Assembly: GCA_948479395.1 (NCBI GenBank)
Contig: CAOLUI010000005.1
Coordinates: 1-51,011, forward strand
From: an uncultured Bacilli bacterium
GTDB lineage: Bacteria > Bacillota_I > Bacilli_A > RF39 > UBA660
Direction of reading: 5' to 3'
DNA: 51,011 nucleotides
Shown here: piece by piece, positions 8,771 through 18,096 of the stretch
How positions within the stretch are numbered: the first letter of the stretch is position 1
Layout of the letters: every line of letters begins with the position of its first letter
The notes under the pieces: model-generated
What the model saw: only the letters and a program-made list of their open reading frames with translations
Told to the model about the DNA's origin: nothing
Database searches by the model: none
Translations under genes and position numbers: made by a program

Positions 8771-10531
8771 ATGAGTAAAATAAAAGTAATGAATGAAAAT
8801 TTGGCCAATAAGATAGCAGCTGGAGAAGTAGTAGAAAAAATTTCTAGTGTAGTTAAAGAACTAGTTGAAAATAGTATCGACGCTAAGGCTCAAAATATAG
8901 TTGTTTCTTTAACAGAGGGCGGATTAAAAAAAATTGAAGTTTTAGATGATGGAGTAGGGATGGATAAAGAGGATGCAATACTTGCTTTTTCGCGTCATGC
9001 CACTAGTAAAATTACTCATGATGATGATTTATTTTTCATTGATACTTTAGGTTTTCGTGGGGAGGCTTTACCATCTATTGCAAGTGTTAGTTTAGTCACT
9101 TTAAAGACGTATTCTAATAATAGCGATTGCGGAACTTTAATTGAGATAAAAGGGGGGCAAATTTTAAAAGAAGAGAAAACCGATAGTCGAGTAGGCACAT
9201 GTATTAGTGTTTCGGAATTATTTTATAATACGCCAGCTCGTCTAAAATATTTAAAAAATGAAAGTTATGAGCTAGCTAATTGTGTTTCTTTAATTGAAAG
9301 ACTAGCTTTATCTCATGATAATATATCTTTTGTTTTAACTAATAATGAAAGAGTTCTCGTTAAAACTTCTGGTAGTGGAAATTTACACAAATGTATTCAT
9401 GAAATATATGGCTTAAATGTATCTTCTAAAATGCTTGAAATAAAAAATAGTAATGACGATTTTGATTTATATGGCTATATCTGCAAACCAGAAATATTAA
9501 AATCTAATCGCAATCATTTTATAACTATGGTAAATGATCGAGTTATTAAAAATAATGATCTAAATAAAGCTATTAATGATGCTTATTATACCTATAAACC
9601 AGATACTAAATATCCTATTGTTGTTTTAAAAATTAATACTGATCCAACTCTTATTGATGTTAATATCCATCCTACTAAACAGGATATAAAAATTTCTAAA
9701 TCTAAAGAGATATATGAACTTATTTATAATACAATTAAAGATGCCTTATATAAAAGTTTATTAATCCCAGATGCTGTTAAAAAACCAGAATATAATGAAA
9801 TTAAAGACCAATATGTAGAAAATTTTATAAAAGAACAAGAAGAAGATTTTTCTACAAGTAAACAAGTGGTAATGGATCTTTCTTATCCCGAGCCTTTAGA
9901 AGAAGAAAAAAAAGAAGAGCCTATTGTAATTAATGAAGAATTAAAGAGATTAGTTTTATATCCAGTCGGTATTGCTCATGGCACTTATATAATTGCCCAA
10001 AATGAAGAAGGAATTTATATGGTTGATCAACATGCGGCCCAAGAACGTATTAATTATGAACGTTTTTTAAAATGTTTAAAGAATAAAGAAATAACTACCA
10101 CTTCTTTATTATTTCCTATTACAATTGAATTATCTTCTAGTGAGTTTTTAAGTTTAAAAAATTACTTAGATATTTTATTTAAAATGGGTTTTAAAGTTGA
10201 AGAATTTGGTTTAAATACGTTTATTTTTAAAGAACATCCAACCTGGTTAAAAACAGGATATGAAGAAGAATCAATTCACAAAATTGTTGATTTAATTATT
10301 AAAAATAAAGGAGAATTTGATCCTGTAAAATTTAATGAAAGTATTGCGATTACTCTCGCTTGTAAAATGAGTATCAAAGCTAACATGCGAATAAGTAATG
10401 AAGCCGCTGAAGAATTACTTCAAGAATTAGTTTTATGTGATAATCCTTATAATTGTCCTCATGGAAGACCAACTATTATAAAATTTTCCACTTACGATAT
10501 TGAAAGAATGTTTAAAAGAGTAATGAATTAA
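8771..10531 (+). CDS. mutL: DNA mismatch repair protein MutL (endonuclease-type)
   Basis: GHKL motifs 'NKIAAGEVVE', 'ELVENSIDA' and 'GFRGEAL'. C-terminal 'DQHAAQERINYE' and 'CPHGRPT'. Confidence 0.9.
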   Translation: MSKIKVMNENLANKIAAGEVVEKISSVVKELVENSIDAKAQNIVVSLTEGGLKKIEVLDDGVGMDKEDAILAFSRHATSKITHDDDLFFIDTLGFRGEALPSIASVSLVTLKTYSNNSDCGTLIEIKGGQILKEEKTDSRVGTCISVSELFYNTPARLKYLKNESYELANCVSLIERLALSHDNISFVLTNNERVLVKTSGSGNLHKCIHEIYGLNVSSKMLEIKNSNDDFDLYGYICKPEILKSNRNHFITMVNDRVIKNNDLNKAINDAYYTYKPDTKYPIVVLKINTDPTLIDVNIHPTKQDIKISKSKEIYELIYNTIKDALYKSLLIPDAVKKPEYNEIKDQYVENFIKEQEEDFSTSKQVVMDLSYPEPLEEEKKEEPIVINEELKRLVLYPVGIAHGTYIIAQNEEGIYMVDQHAAQERINYERFLKCLKNKEITTTSLLFPITIELSSSEFLSLKNYLDILFKMGFKVEEFGLNTFIFKEHPTWLKTGYEEESIHKIVDLIIKNKGEFDPVKFNESIAITLACKMSIKANMRISNEAAEELLQELVLCDNPYNCPHGRPTIIKFSTYDIERMFKRVMN

Positions 10532-10547
10532 AAAGGAAAAGATATTA

Positions 10548-11416
10548 ATGAATTTAAATTTTAATGAATTAAAAGAATTTTTATATAATATAAGAAATTC
10601 AAATCTTTTTGATAATCCTAAAGATTTATATAAAGCCATTAATCTTATTTCTGAAAAAAAGAAAAATTAGCGTTTAATGAAAACTTAATGTTAAAACTAT
10701 TTTACGAATGTGCTTATAGATACAATAAAACAGGGAATTTAAAAAAATATTTAAAAATTAGTTCTAAATGTTCTTTTGCAGATTTTTATAATTTTATGCA
10801 GAATCTTAAAAATGTTTCTATTAGAAGTGCTATACCAAATGATACAGCTCATAATTTAATAATTCGTAAGATTAAAAGAATATTAAAACACGATGAAATA
10901 GGAAGATGGACTTTTATTGATTTTTCAGTTATTCAAAATGAAGAAAAAGAGGATGATTCTTCTCTAAAAATATATTTATCTATTGATAATAAAAATTTGC
11001 ATTTTTTTGCAATTACATTTTTAAAATTATGTGAAGAAATAGGAATTAAATATAATTTTAAAATTAATGCTGATGATAGATATCGAAGAGCAGATAATGT
11101 TGTAATATATACTAATATTGCTGTTTTTTTTCAATATATTTATGTAATAGAGAGTATTAAAAAACAAAATCCTTAAATAGATTTTGGATCAGCACCTTTA
11201 TTAACTTATCATTATAATGAATATATTGCTCTAGCTCCTAAAGAGAAGGGCGGAAGCATTAGTTATTCTGAAAAATTATGTCAAGAAATATGCCGTTTAA
11301 GAGATGAAGCAGTAACTTTTCAAGATTTTTTTGAAGCAGTTCAACTAACAATAATAAAAGAGTTGGGTGAAATTGTTGATTTTTGCGAAATAAATAACTT
11401 TCCCGCTCGAAAATAA
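10548..11416 (+). pseudogene. HopA1-like family gene (tentative) broken by one frameshift and one in-frame stop
   Basis: Three collinear pieces: 10548-10667, 10688-11176 and 11177-11416. A frame change in an A-rich run near 10655-10687 and an in-frame TAA at 11174-11176 separate them. The length of 869 nt is 3n+2. 'LKIYLSI...NFKIN..RRADNVVIYTN' recalls T3SS-effector HopA1-family proteins of Bacillota (memory only). Confidence 0.5.
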
Positions 11417-11468
11417 ATAATTGTCTTTTAAAAAAAAATTTATTATAATCAATTTTGGTGATAAAATT

Positions 11469-12809
11469 ATGAAAAATAAAGATATTCTTTCTTTTTTAAA
11501 ACCGTATTTAATGAAAGAAAAAAAATATATATCTTTAGCTATTATATTCGCTTTAATTAGCAGTTTAATTAATTTAACTTATGGTTATTTGTCTGGATAT
11601 GCTCTTAATGCTGCCAGTGAAAAAGTTTTTAAAGTAGCCATTATAACGATACTAATAAATTTATTTTTTAGTAGTCTTAATTATTTAGTATTTTCACGAC
11701 AAAGTAATATTATATCTTCCAAAACCAGTTTAAATATTATGGAAGACATAAACTCATCTTTATTTTTAAAAGTTTTAAGTTTGCCTACCAAAGCTTTTGA
11801 AGAAAAATCAAGTGGCGAATTTATTAATCGTATAACTTCAGATACTGAAACAATAACAGATGCTATTTCTACACTTTTAAGTGTTGTTTTAAAAATATTA
11901 ACTAGTTTATTGGTTTTTATATATGTTTTATTTAATTCTAAATTAGTTTGTTTTGAAATAATAATCTATATTTTTATCTTATTCAAAATATCTTCAAAAT
12001 ATCGTCCAATTTTAAAAAAACAACAAAAAGAAATAAGAGAACAAAACGATAAATATGTATCTCATGTTAATGAATCTATTTTAGGTATTAGAGAAATAAA
12101 AATAATCGATTTGAACAAAATTACTATGCTATAATATATACTTTAGATGAAATTTTTGTTGCTTTAGTTTTTAGTAGCATTATTGGCGAGATCATTGTAG
12201 GAAAAAGTAACCTTACATTTCTAATTGCCATGAGTTATTATATTTATAATTTTATGAATTTAGTAAATTCTTTTATATCTTTTTCAACTTATTATCAAAA
12301 GCTTAAAGTCTCTGTTGAACGTATTAATGAAATCATTAATAATAAATTATATCAAGATACTAATTTTGGTAACTATCATAATCTCTCTATTTTAGGAAAA
12401 ATCGAATTTAAAAATGTAACTTTTCATTATCATGATAGTAAAAGAAAGATTTTAGATAAATATAACTTAATAGTTAAACCTAATACTAAAATCGCCATTG
12501 TTGGTAAAAGTGGAGAAGGAAAAAGTACAATTTTTAACTTATTATTACGTTATTTTGATATTATTAAGGGAGAAATATTACTTGATGATATTAATATACA
12601 AGAATATGATGAAACTAGTTTACGCAATAATATCAGTATTATTCGCCAAGATCCTTTTTTATTTAATCGAACAATTTTCGAAAATTTTAAAATGCTTAAT
12701 CCTAAAATTACTTTAAAAAAGATTCGAGAGTATTGTAGAATTGCTTTAATTGATGATTATATTATGTCTTTACCTCAAAAATATAATACTGTAATAGGAG
12801 AGGGGGGGG
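11469..12809 (+). pseudogene. ABC exporter (TMD-NBD fusion), 5' fragment; frameshifted and then truncated by insertion
   Basis: TM-rich N-terminus, Walker A 'GKSGEGKST' and Q-loop 'IIRQDP'. The frame switches in an A-run near 12095-12105 ('GIREIKII..*' to 'RFEQNYYAIIY'). Sense is lost after 'TVIGEGG' at the G8 run 12802-12809. Confidence 0.75.
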
Positions 12810-12810
12810 C

Positions 12811-12830
12811 GAATGAAGCTTATACCCAAA
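12811..12830 (+). repeat. Left terminal inverted repeat of the insertion
   Basis: GAATGAAGCTTATACCCAAA matches the reverse complement of 15018-15037 at 17 of 20 positions, including 12 contiguous. Confidence 0.6.
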
Positions 12831-13237
12831 ATAGATAAAAAGTAAGAAAAAAGCGGGTAGGTTCAAAAAAAGTTCTTCTAAAATCCTTATAAATAAAGGC
12901 CAAAATAGAGATTTTTAAGAAATTAGAACCCAAAAATGTGTAAAAAGGGTTCTTTTCGCAAGTGCGAAAAGTGTTAGTGGTGCAACTACGATGAATTTTA
13001 AACTCTTATTTTATAAGCGTTTTAAAGTTTCGTGGTGCATTCCCATATCCTGTTGTTATAAAAATTTCTTCTTTTTTTGTTATTTATAATATATATTTGC
13101 TTTTATGCAAAACCACCATAATTTAATATTTAATGGAAATTTTGAATATGCTACATTTCTTTTTAAAATGTACATGATATAATTATTTTTGGCTAACTGT
13201 GTTATAATATTGGTAGTTTGCATGAGGAGTTGAAGTA

Positions 13238-14980
13238 ATGATGAAAAATAAAAACAAATCAAATTTTTTAAAGAATATTAAAAAAACTTGGAATTATATA
13301 AGGGAATGTAAATTCAATTTAATTGGATATGCTGTGGTCAGCATTGTTGAAGCTGTAATTGGTGCAATTTTACCTTTAATTTCTGCTAAAATTATTTTAA
13401 ACATTACTGATGGAGTTATGATGCAATTAATATTGTCTGCTTTAACAGTATTTGGTATCGAATTTATATTATATATTGTGTTCTATTTTAAAGGATTTCT
13501 ATATCAAAGAGTTTATCAAAAAACATTGATTAATTTACAAACTGCTGTTGCTAGAGAAACATTAAATTTAGAAATAAGGGAAATAGACAGAGCATCCTCT
13601 GGATTATTTATAGATAGACTAAATAAAGATACTGGGGATATTTCAGGAATGTTTATGGAATATACATATTGGACATCATACGTAATATCAAATATTGGTG
13701 TTTTAGTTGCTGTCTTTATATTAAATAGATATTTATTCATATATGCCGTTATAACTTCAATTTGCATATTTTTAATAAATAAGAAAAGATTAAGTAAGCA
13801 GTATGAAGTACAAAAAAATTTAAAAAAAATTCAAGAAAAAAAAACAGGACTTACTGGAGAACTTGTTAGAGGTATAAGAGATATTAAAGTATTAAATGCC
13901 AGTAATACCATTCTAAAGCAAACAACGAATAAAATCATAGAATCTTCAAATGAAGAAGTGAAAATGTTAAATATTAGAAGAATATATCAATATTTTGAAA
14001 ATAATTTAAGAGCAATAAGCGATTTACTTTTTATTGTAATAGGATGTGTTCTGCATAACAAATCTTTATTAACAATTCCTACTTTTGTTATAATTTATAA
14101 TTATCAATCTAAAATAAAGAATTTATTAACTGGTGTTGTTCAATTATCAGAATATAATAAAAAATTTGTTGTCGCTTCTGATAGAATTTATGAAGTTATT
14201 GAAAATGAAAAATTTAGCAAAGAAAAATTTGGAACTTTGAGTACAAAAAAATTGTCAGGTCATATAAAATTTAATAATGTAAAATTTGGCTATAATGATA
14301 ATAAAATTATTGATGATATGAGTTTTGAAATCAAGCCTAATCAAAAGGTTGCCTTTGTTGGTAAAAGTGGTGCTGGTAAAACAACTATATTTAGTTTAAT
14401 AACAAAATTATATTCTATTGATGAAGGTGAAATATTATTAGATGGACATAATATTAATGATTTGAATTGCGATTCCTTAAGAAATAATATGTCTATTATT
14501 ACTCAAAATCCCTATATATTCAATTTTTCAATAAAGGACAATTTACTTTTAGCAAAAGAAAATGCAAGTATGAAGGAGATTCGTAATGCTTGTAAAATGG
14601 CATGTATTGATGATTTTATTATGTCTTTACCAGACAAATATGAAACAATGGTTGGTGAAAATGGAGTAATATTATCAGGTGGGCAAAAACAAAGGTTAGC
14701 AATTGCGAGAGCTTTGCTTATGAAAACTGAAATTATTTTGTTTGATGAAGCTACAAGTGCTTTGGATAACGAAACTCAAAGTGAAATACAAAATGCGATA
14801 AAAAACTTAAAAGGTGAATATACAATATTAATTGTTGCACATAGATTATCTACTGTAATAGATAGTGATAAAATATTTGTTGTAGACGATGGTAAAATAA
14901 TTGATAGTGGTTCTCATAAAGAATTATTGAAAAAAAGTAATTTTTATAAAAATCTATATGAAAAAGATTTAAATGTTTAA
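13238..14980 (+). CDS. ABC transporter ATP-binding/permease fusion (exporter type), intact; cargo of the insertion
   Basis: 580 aa. N-terminal TM domain, then 'GKSGAGKTT', 'LSGGQKQRLAIARAL', 'IILFDEATSALD' and 'VAHRLS'. A GAGGAG SD lies upstream. Confidence 0.9.
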   Translation: MMKNKNKSNFLKNIKKTWNYIRECKFNLIGYAVVSIVEAVIGAILPLISAKIILNITDGVMMQLILSALTVFGIEFILYIVFYFKGFLYQRVYQKTLINLQTAVARETLNLEIREIDRASSGLFIDRLNKDTGDISGMFMEYTYWTSYVISNIGVLVAVFILNRYLFIYAVITSICIFLINKKRLSKQYEVQKNLKKIQEKKTGLTGELVRGIRDIKVLNASNTILKQTTNKIIESSNEEVKMLNIRRIYQYFENNLRAISDLLFIVIGCVLHNKSLLTIPTFVIIYNYQSKIKNLLTGVVQLSEYNKKFVVASDRIYEVIENEKFSKEKFGTLSTKKLSGHIKFNNVKFGYNDNKIIDDMSFEIKPNQKVAFVGKSGAGKTTIFSLITKLYSIDEGEILLDGHNINDLNCDSLRNNMSIITQNPYIFNFSIKDNLLLAKENASMKEIRNACKMACIDDFIMSLPDKYETMVGENGVILSGGQKQRLAIARALLMKTEIILFDEATSALDNETQSEIQNAIKNLKGEYTILIVAHRLSTVIDSDKIFVVDDGKIIDSGSHKELLKKSNFYKNLYEKDLNV

Positions 14981-15017
14981 AAGGAGAATGCTTTTTTTGA
15001 TTAATTTTGTATTTTGC

Positions 15018-15037
15018 TTTGGGTATAAGGTCTATTC
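15018..15037 (-). repeat. Right terminal inverted repeat of the insertion
   Basis: Plus strand reads TTTGGGTATAAGGTCTATTC. Its reverse complement aligns with 12811-12830. Confidence 0.6.
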
Positions 15038-15039
15038 TA

Positions 15040-15359
15040 GGGGGGGGGGAATAAATTTTTCTGGAGGTCAAAAACAAAGAATTGCTATAGCAAGAGCTTT
15101 AGCTAAGAATAGTAAAATAATATTATTTGATGAAGCAACTAGCGCTTTAGATAACGAAGCCCAAGAAAAAATTATTAAAGTTATTAATGAAATAGCTAAA
15201 GATCATACAATTATCACAATTGCTCATCGTCTTTCAACTATAATAGATTCAGATACAATTCATATAATGGACAAAGGAAAGATAATTGCCTCAGGAACTC
15301 ATCAATCTTTATTAAAAAATAGCTCAATTTATCAGGAATTATATCAAAATAATGCGTAA
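15040..15359 (+). pseudogene. ABC exporter 3' fragment (signature motif to natural stop) belonging to the gene at 11469
   Basis: From the G10 run: '(G)INFSGGQKQRIAIARAL', 'IILFDEATSALD' and 'IAHRLS'. This is exactly the NBD part missing after 12809. The 'MFKRRM...' N-terminus in the ORF track is element-derived read-in. Confidence 0.75.
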
Positions 15360-15399
15360 AAAAATCATTTTTTTGGTATACTAACATTAGTGATGTATT

Positions 15400-16578
15400 A
15401 TGAAAAAAGATTGGATCAAAGTATTACCAATATTAATTCTAATTTTTCCTTTAATTTTTTCTTTGGAAAAAAATGAAATAAAAAATTCCAACTTAGTCTT
15501 TAATTCACAAAAAAAAGTCGAAAACAGTGTAGAAGAAATAATTAATGATAATAAAGATAAAACCATTCAAGAAAATAAAACCATTTCTGATAAATTTATT
15601 TATTTAGAATTTACTAATAAAAATCAAATATATAGTTATTATATTGATAAAGCAACCGGAGAAAAAGCAAATTTTGAGGATTTTATTAAAGCCGATAAAA
15701 AAGAAGCTTTTAAAGAAAAAATAAATGAATTACTTTATTTAAAATATCCTAAATTTATTGCTGATATATTAATAGAGGATCAAGGAGATAAAGTATATAA
15801 AATAGATAATGATAAATTAATTATTTATTTTGATAATTTTATAATTGAACCAGTAATAACCGAAAAATTATATTTAACAATAGATTATAACGAAATAAAA
15901 GAATACTTAGATTTTTCTTTTGTTTTAAATAAAGAATATCAAAATGAAGATGGTTTTATTAGAGATAAAAATAAAAAAGCTGTTGCTTTTACATTTGATG
16001 ATGGACCAGCAGGTGAAACAACAAATAAAATAGTTGATCTACTTGAGCAAAATAAAGCTCATGCTACCTTTTTTATGGTAGGTAATAAAATGGAATATGG
16101 AGCTAATACAATCCAAAATGTACTAGAAAAAGGCAATGAAATTGGTAGTCATTCGTATGCTCATAAAAGTATGAAAAGACAAAAATTTCCTGATTTAATA
16201 AAAGATGAAGAAAAAACTAAAGAAATTTATCGAAATATAACTGGAAAAGATTTGATTTATACAAGGCCTCCATATGGCGCAATAGACGCTAAAATTAAAG
16301 AAAATTTAGATACTATTTTCATTACTTGGGATTTGGATCCAGAAGATTGGTTACGCCGTGATAAAAATTATATTATTGATTATGTCATGGAAAATGTTAA
16401 AGATGGAGATATTATTTTAATGCATGATTTATATGATTCTACTGTAGAGGCTGTAGCTGAATTACTACCTAAATTATATGCTGAAGGGTATCAAGTTGTT
16501 AGTATATCCGAACTTGCTAGTTTAAAAGAACAAACTTTAGAAAAGCATAACATCTATCGTAATATTAGAAAAAATTAA
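15400..16578 (+). CDS. Polysaccharide deacetylase (NodB homology domain) with N-terminal signal/anchor
   Basis: 'AVAFTFDDGP', 'GSHSYAH', 'TRPPYG' and 'ILMHD'. Hydrophobic N-terminus. Confidence 0.85.
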   Translation: MKKDWIKVLPILILIFPLIFSLEKNEIKNSNLVFNSQKKVENSVEEIINDNKDKTIQENKTISDKFIYLEFTNKNQIYSYYIDKATGEKANFEDFIKADKKEAFKEKINELLYLKYPKFIADILIEDQGDKVYKIDNDKLIIYFDNFIIEPVITEKLYLTIDYNEIKEYLDFSFVLNKEYQNEDGFIRDKNKKAVAFTFDDGPAGETTNKIVDLLEQNKAHATFFMVGNKMEYGANTIQNVLEKGNEIGSHSYAHKSMKRQKFPDLIKDEEKTKEIYRNITGKDLIYTRPPYGAIDAKIKENLDTIFITWDLDPEDWLRRDKNYIIDYVMENVKDGDIILMHDLYDSTVEAVAELLPKLYAEGYQVVSISELASLKEQTLEKHNIYRNIRKN

Positions 16579-16951
16579 GTAAAAAATCATCATCATCAGA
16601 ACCAAATATACTAAGTAATAAATTAATTAATCCACCAACCAAAAAAATAACAGCAGCAATAAATCCAATATTTGATATTATAATATCTTTAAGACTAGAA
16701 CTTTTATCTAATTGTTTTATATGTTTATAATTTATATAAACAAAATATAAATAAATTATAAATGTTATTATAAAAATTTCTGTGTTAATAGTTCGAAAAA
16801 TTTTTTGAGAATTTTTATCATTTTTTTTTAGATATTCTTTTTCATAATGATTTGAAACAATAGCAAATATTGCTAAAAAAATATATATGATCCATATATA
16901 ATCTTCAATTTTTAATTCTTTTAAAGTTTCTGAATCATTTGCATTATACAT
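16565..16951 (-). CDS. Small multi-pass membrane protein, family unknown
   Basis: 128-aa ORF with three or four hydrophobic segments. Convergent with, and slightly overlapping, the deacetylase gene. Confidence 0.45.
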   Translation of the reverse strand: MYNANDSETLKELKIEDYIWIIYIFLAIFAIVSNHYEKEYLKKNDKNSQKIFRTINTEIFIITFIIYLYFVYINYKHIKQLDKSSSLKDIIISNIGFIAAVIFLVGGLINLLLSIFGSDDDDFLLNFF

Positions 16952-17088
16952 ATTAATTATTATGCTTATAATATTAAAAAATTTTAAAAATTAGGGTAAA
17001 AGTAAAGGAGATTATTTGCATTAATCAAGGATATTTATTTTTGGGGTTAAAAAAGAAAAAATAACAAAGATAAATTTATAAAAAACGC

Positions 17089-17117
17089 TTGCAATAAATA
17101 GGAAAATAGTATAAAAT
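17089..17117 (+). promoter_or_regulatory. Sigma-A-type promoter for the tRNA-Ile/tRNA-Glu pair
   Basis: TTGCAA (17089-17094), 17-nt spacer, TAAAAT (17112-17117), about 22 nt upstream of the tRNA. Confidence 0.5.
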
Positions 17118-17139
17118 AAAATAGTCAATGAGACAAAAT

Positions 17140-17216
<77 letters not shown>

Positions 17217-17227
17217 TTTTGTTTTTT

Positions 17228-17304
17228 GGCCAGTTGGTGAAGCGGCTTAACACACTGCCCTTTCACGGCAGCATTCACGGGTCCGAATCCCGTACTGGTC
17301 ACCA
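17228..17304 (+). tRNA. tRNA-Glu (anticodon TTC)
   Basis: Acceptor GGCCAGT/ACTGGTC, anticodon arm CTGCC-CTTTCAC-GGCAG, T-arm GGTCCGAATCC, encoded CCA. Confidence 0.85.
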
Positions 17305-17314
17305 TTTTAAAAAT

Positions 17315-17338
17315 AACATACTTTAATAGTATGTTTTT
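17315..17338 (+). terminator. Rho-independent terminator after the tRNA pair
   Basis: AACATACT-ttaat-AGTATGTT followed by a T-run. Confidence 0.75.
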
Positions 17339-17474
17339 ATTTGAAAAAATTTAATTGTCATTTTTTCTATCAAAATACACCATTTTTGCAAGTGCAAAAA
17401 TTTACTTGCATTTATTTTGCCCTTAAAATAAAAGATTTATGTTTATTTAGTGGCAATTATCATATCCTGTTTTT

Positions 17475-17902
17475 TTAATGCCATAAAGAGAATTTTTTTG
17501 TTAAAGGATCTATGATATCTTTTTCTCCAAAACCAACGATACAAAAATATTTCATTTCTTCTTCTGAAGTTTCTAATGTTTTATCTAATTGTTCTTTAAA
17601 AGTATCACCTGTCATTGTTTCAGTAAAATCTGTAAAAAGGATATTACTTTCAATAAAATTTTTTCTTAATTTTTTTATTTCGTTATTTTTGCCTCTTAAT
17701 ACAATTAATGATAAACCTGATATACTCTTGTGAATAGAGCCTTCTTTATCAGTAAAATCAATAAAACTCATTTTTTCTTTTAAATCATTTGTAGCAATAG
17801 ATACTAACCCTACACAGGAATGAGCAATTGCATTTAGTGCTTTTCCAATTTCTAATCTTTATTAACTACAGCAACAAATTTATGTGTTTCATTATAAACC
17901 AT
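17475..17902 (-). pseudogene. DUF2000-family gene with a 1-nt frameshift
   Basis: Minus-strand ATG at 17902 gives MVYNETHKFVAVVNKD*. Restoring one T in GATTAGAA (about 17853-17857) gives ...VVNKDLEIGKALNAIAHSCVGLVSIATNDLKEKMSFIDFTDKEG..., continuous with the 98-aa ORF. The length of 428 nt is 3n-1. Layout matches DUF2000 from memory. Confidence 0.6.
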
Positions 17903-18003
17903 ATTTTCACATCTCTTTTCTTAAAATTATTATATAATCCTATTAGGAACATCAGTTGTGGAGTGTCTACCAAATCTCGCAAAAGAGAGGAGGTTTGATA
18001 AAA

Positions 18004-18096
18004 ATGAAAACTAAGACTTTTATTTTAAAAGTTCTAAAGCTCATTGCTATCATTTTATTTCTCCTTATCATTATGATAGTAGTTATAAAAAAATGA
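18004..18096 (+). CDS. 30-aa hydrophobic peptide (MKTKTFILKVLKLIAIILFLLIIMIVVIKK), function unknown
   Basis: AGGAGG (17988-17993) lies 10 nt before the ATG. One TM-like segment has Lys-rich ends. Two plus-strand hairpin/T-run terminators follow (18095-18137, 18145-18181). Confidence 0.35.
   Translation: MKTKTFILKVLKLIAIILFLLIIMIVVIKK

Larger units (their letters stand above)
12810..15039 (+). mobile_element. TIR-bounded, transposase-less insertion carrying an ABC exporter gene (non-autonomous cargo element, tentative)
   Basis: It splits the ABC gene exactly between 'GEGG' and 'INFSGGQ'. Left end GAATGAAGCTTATACCCAAA (12811-12830); the reverse complement of the right end is GAATAGACCTTATACCCAAA (15018-15037), 17/20 identical. 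G8 and G10 runs flank it as a possible target duplication. Confidence 0.5.

Noticed and set aside
12230-12838. Treating 11421-12134, 12230-12838, 12498-12716 and 14973-15359 as four separate genes
   Set aside because: Together they reconstruct one TMD-NBD exporter in the correct motif order. They are fragments of a single disrupted gene, and 12498-12716 is an internal off-frame ORF.
11469-14980. Ordinary heterodimeric ABC exporter pair (two adjacent half-transporter genes)
   Set aside because: The first gene lacks its signature, Walker B and H-loop at the expected place, and that exact segment lies downstream of the second gene. A normal tandem pair would not show this permutation.
12810-15039. 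Group II intron or intein interrupting the ABC gene
   Set aside because: There is no reverse transcriptase/maturase ORF and no GUGYG...AY intron ends. The insert is out of frame with stops, so it is not an intein, and it carries its own complete gene with an SD.
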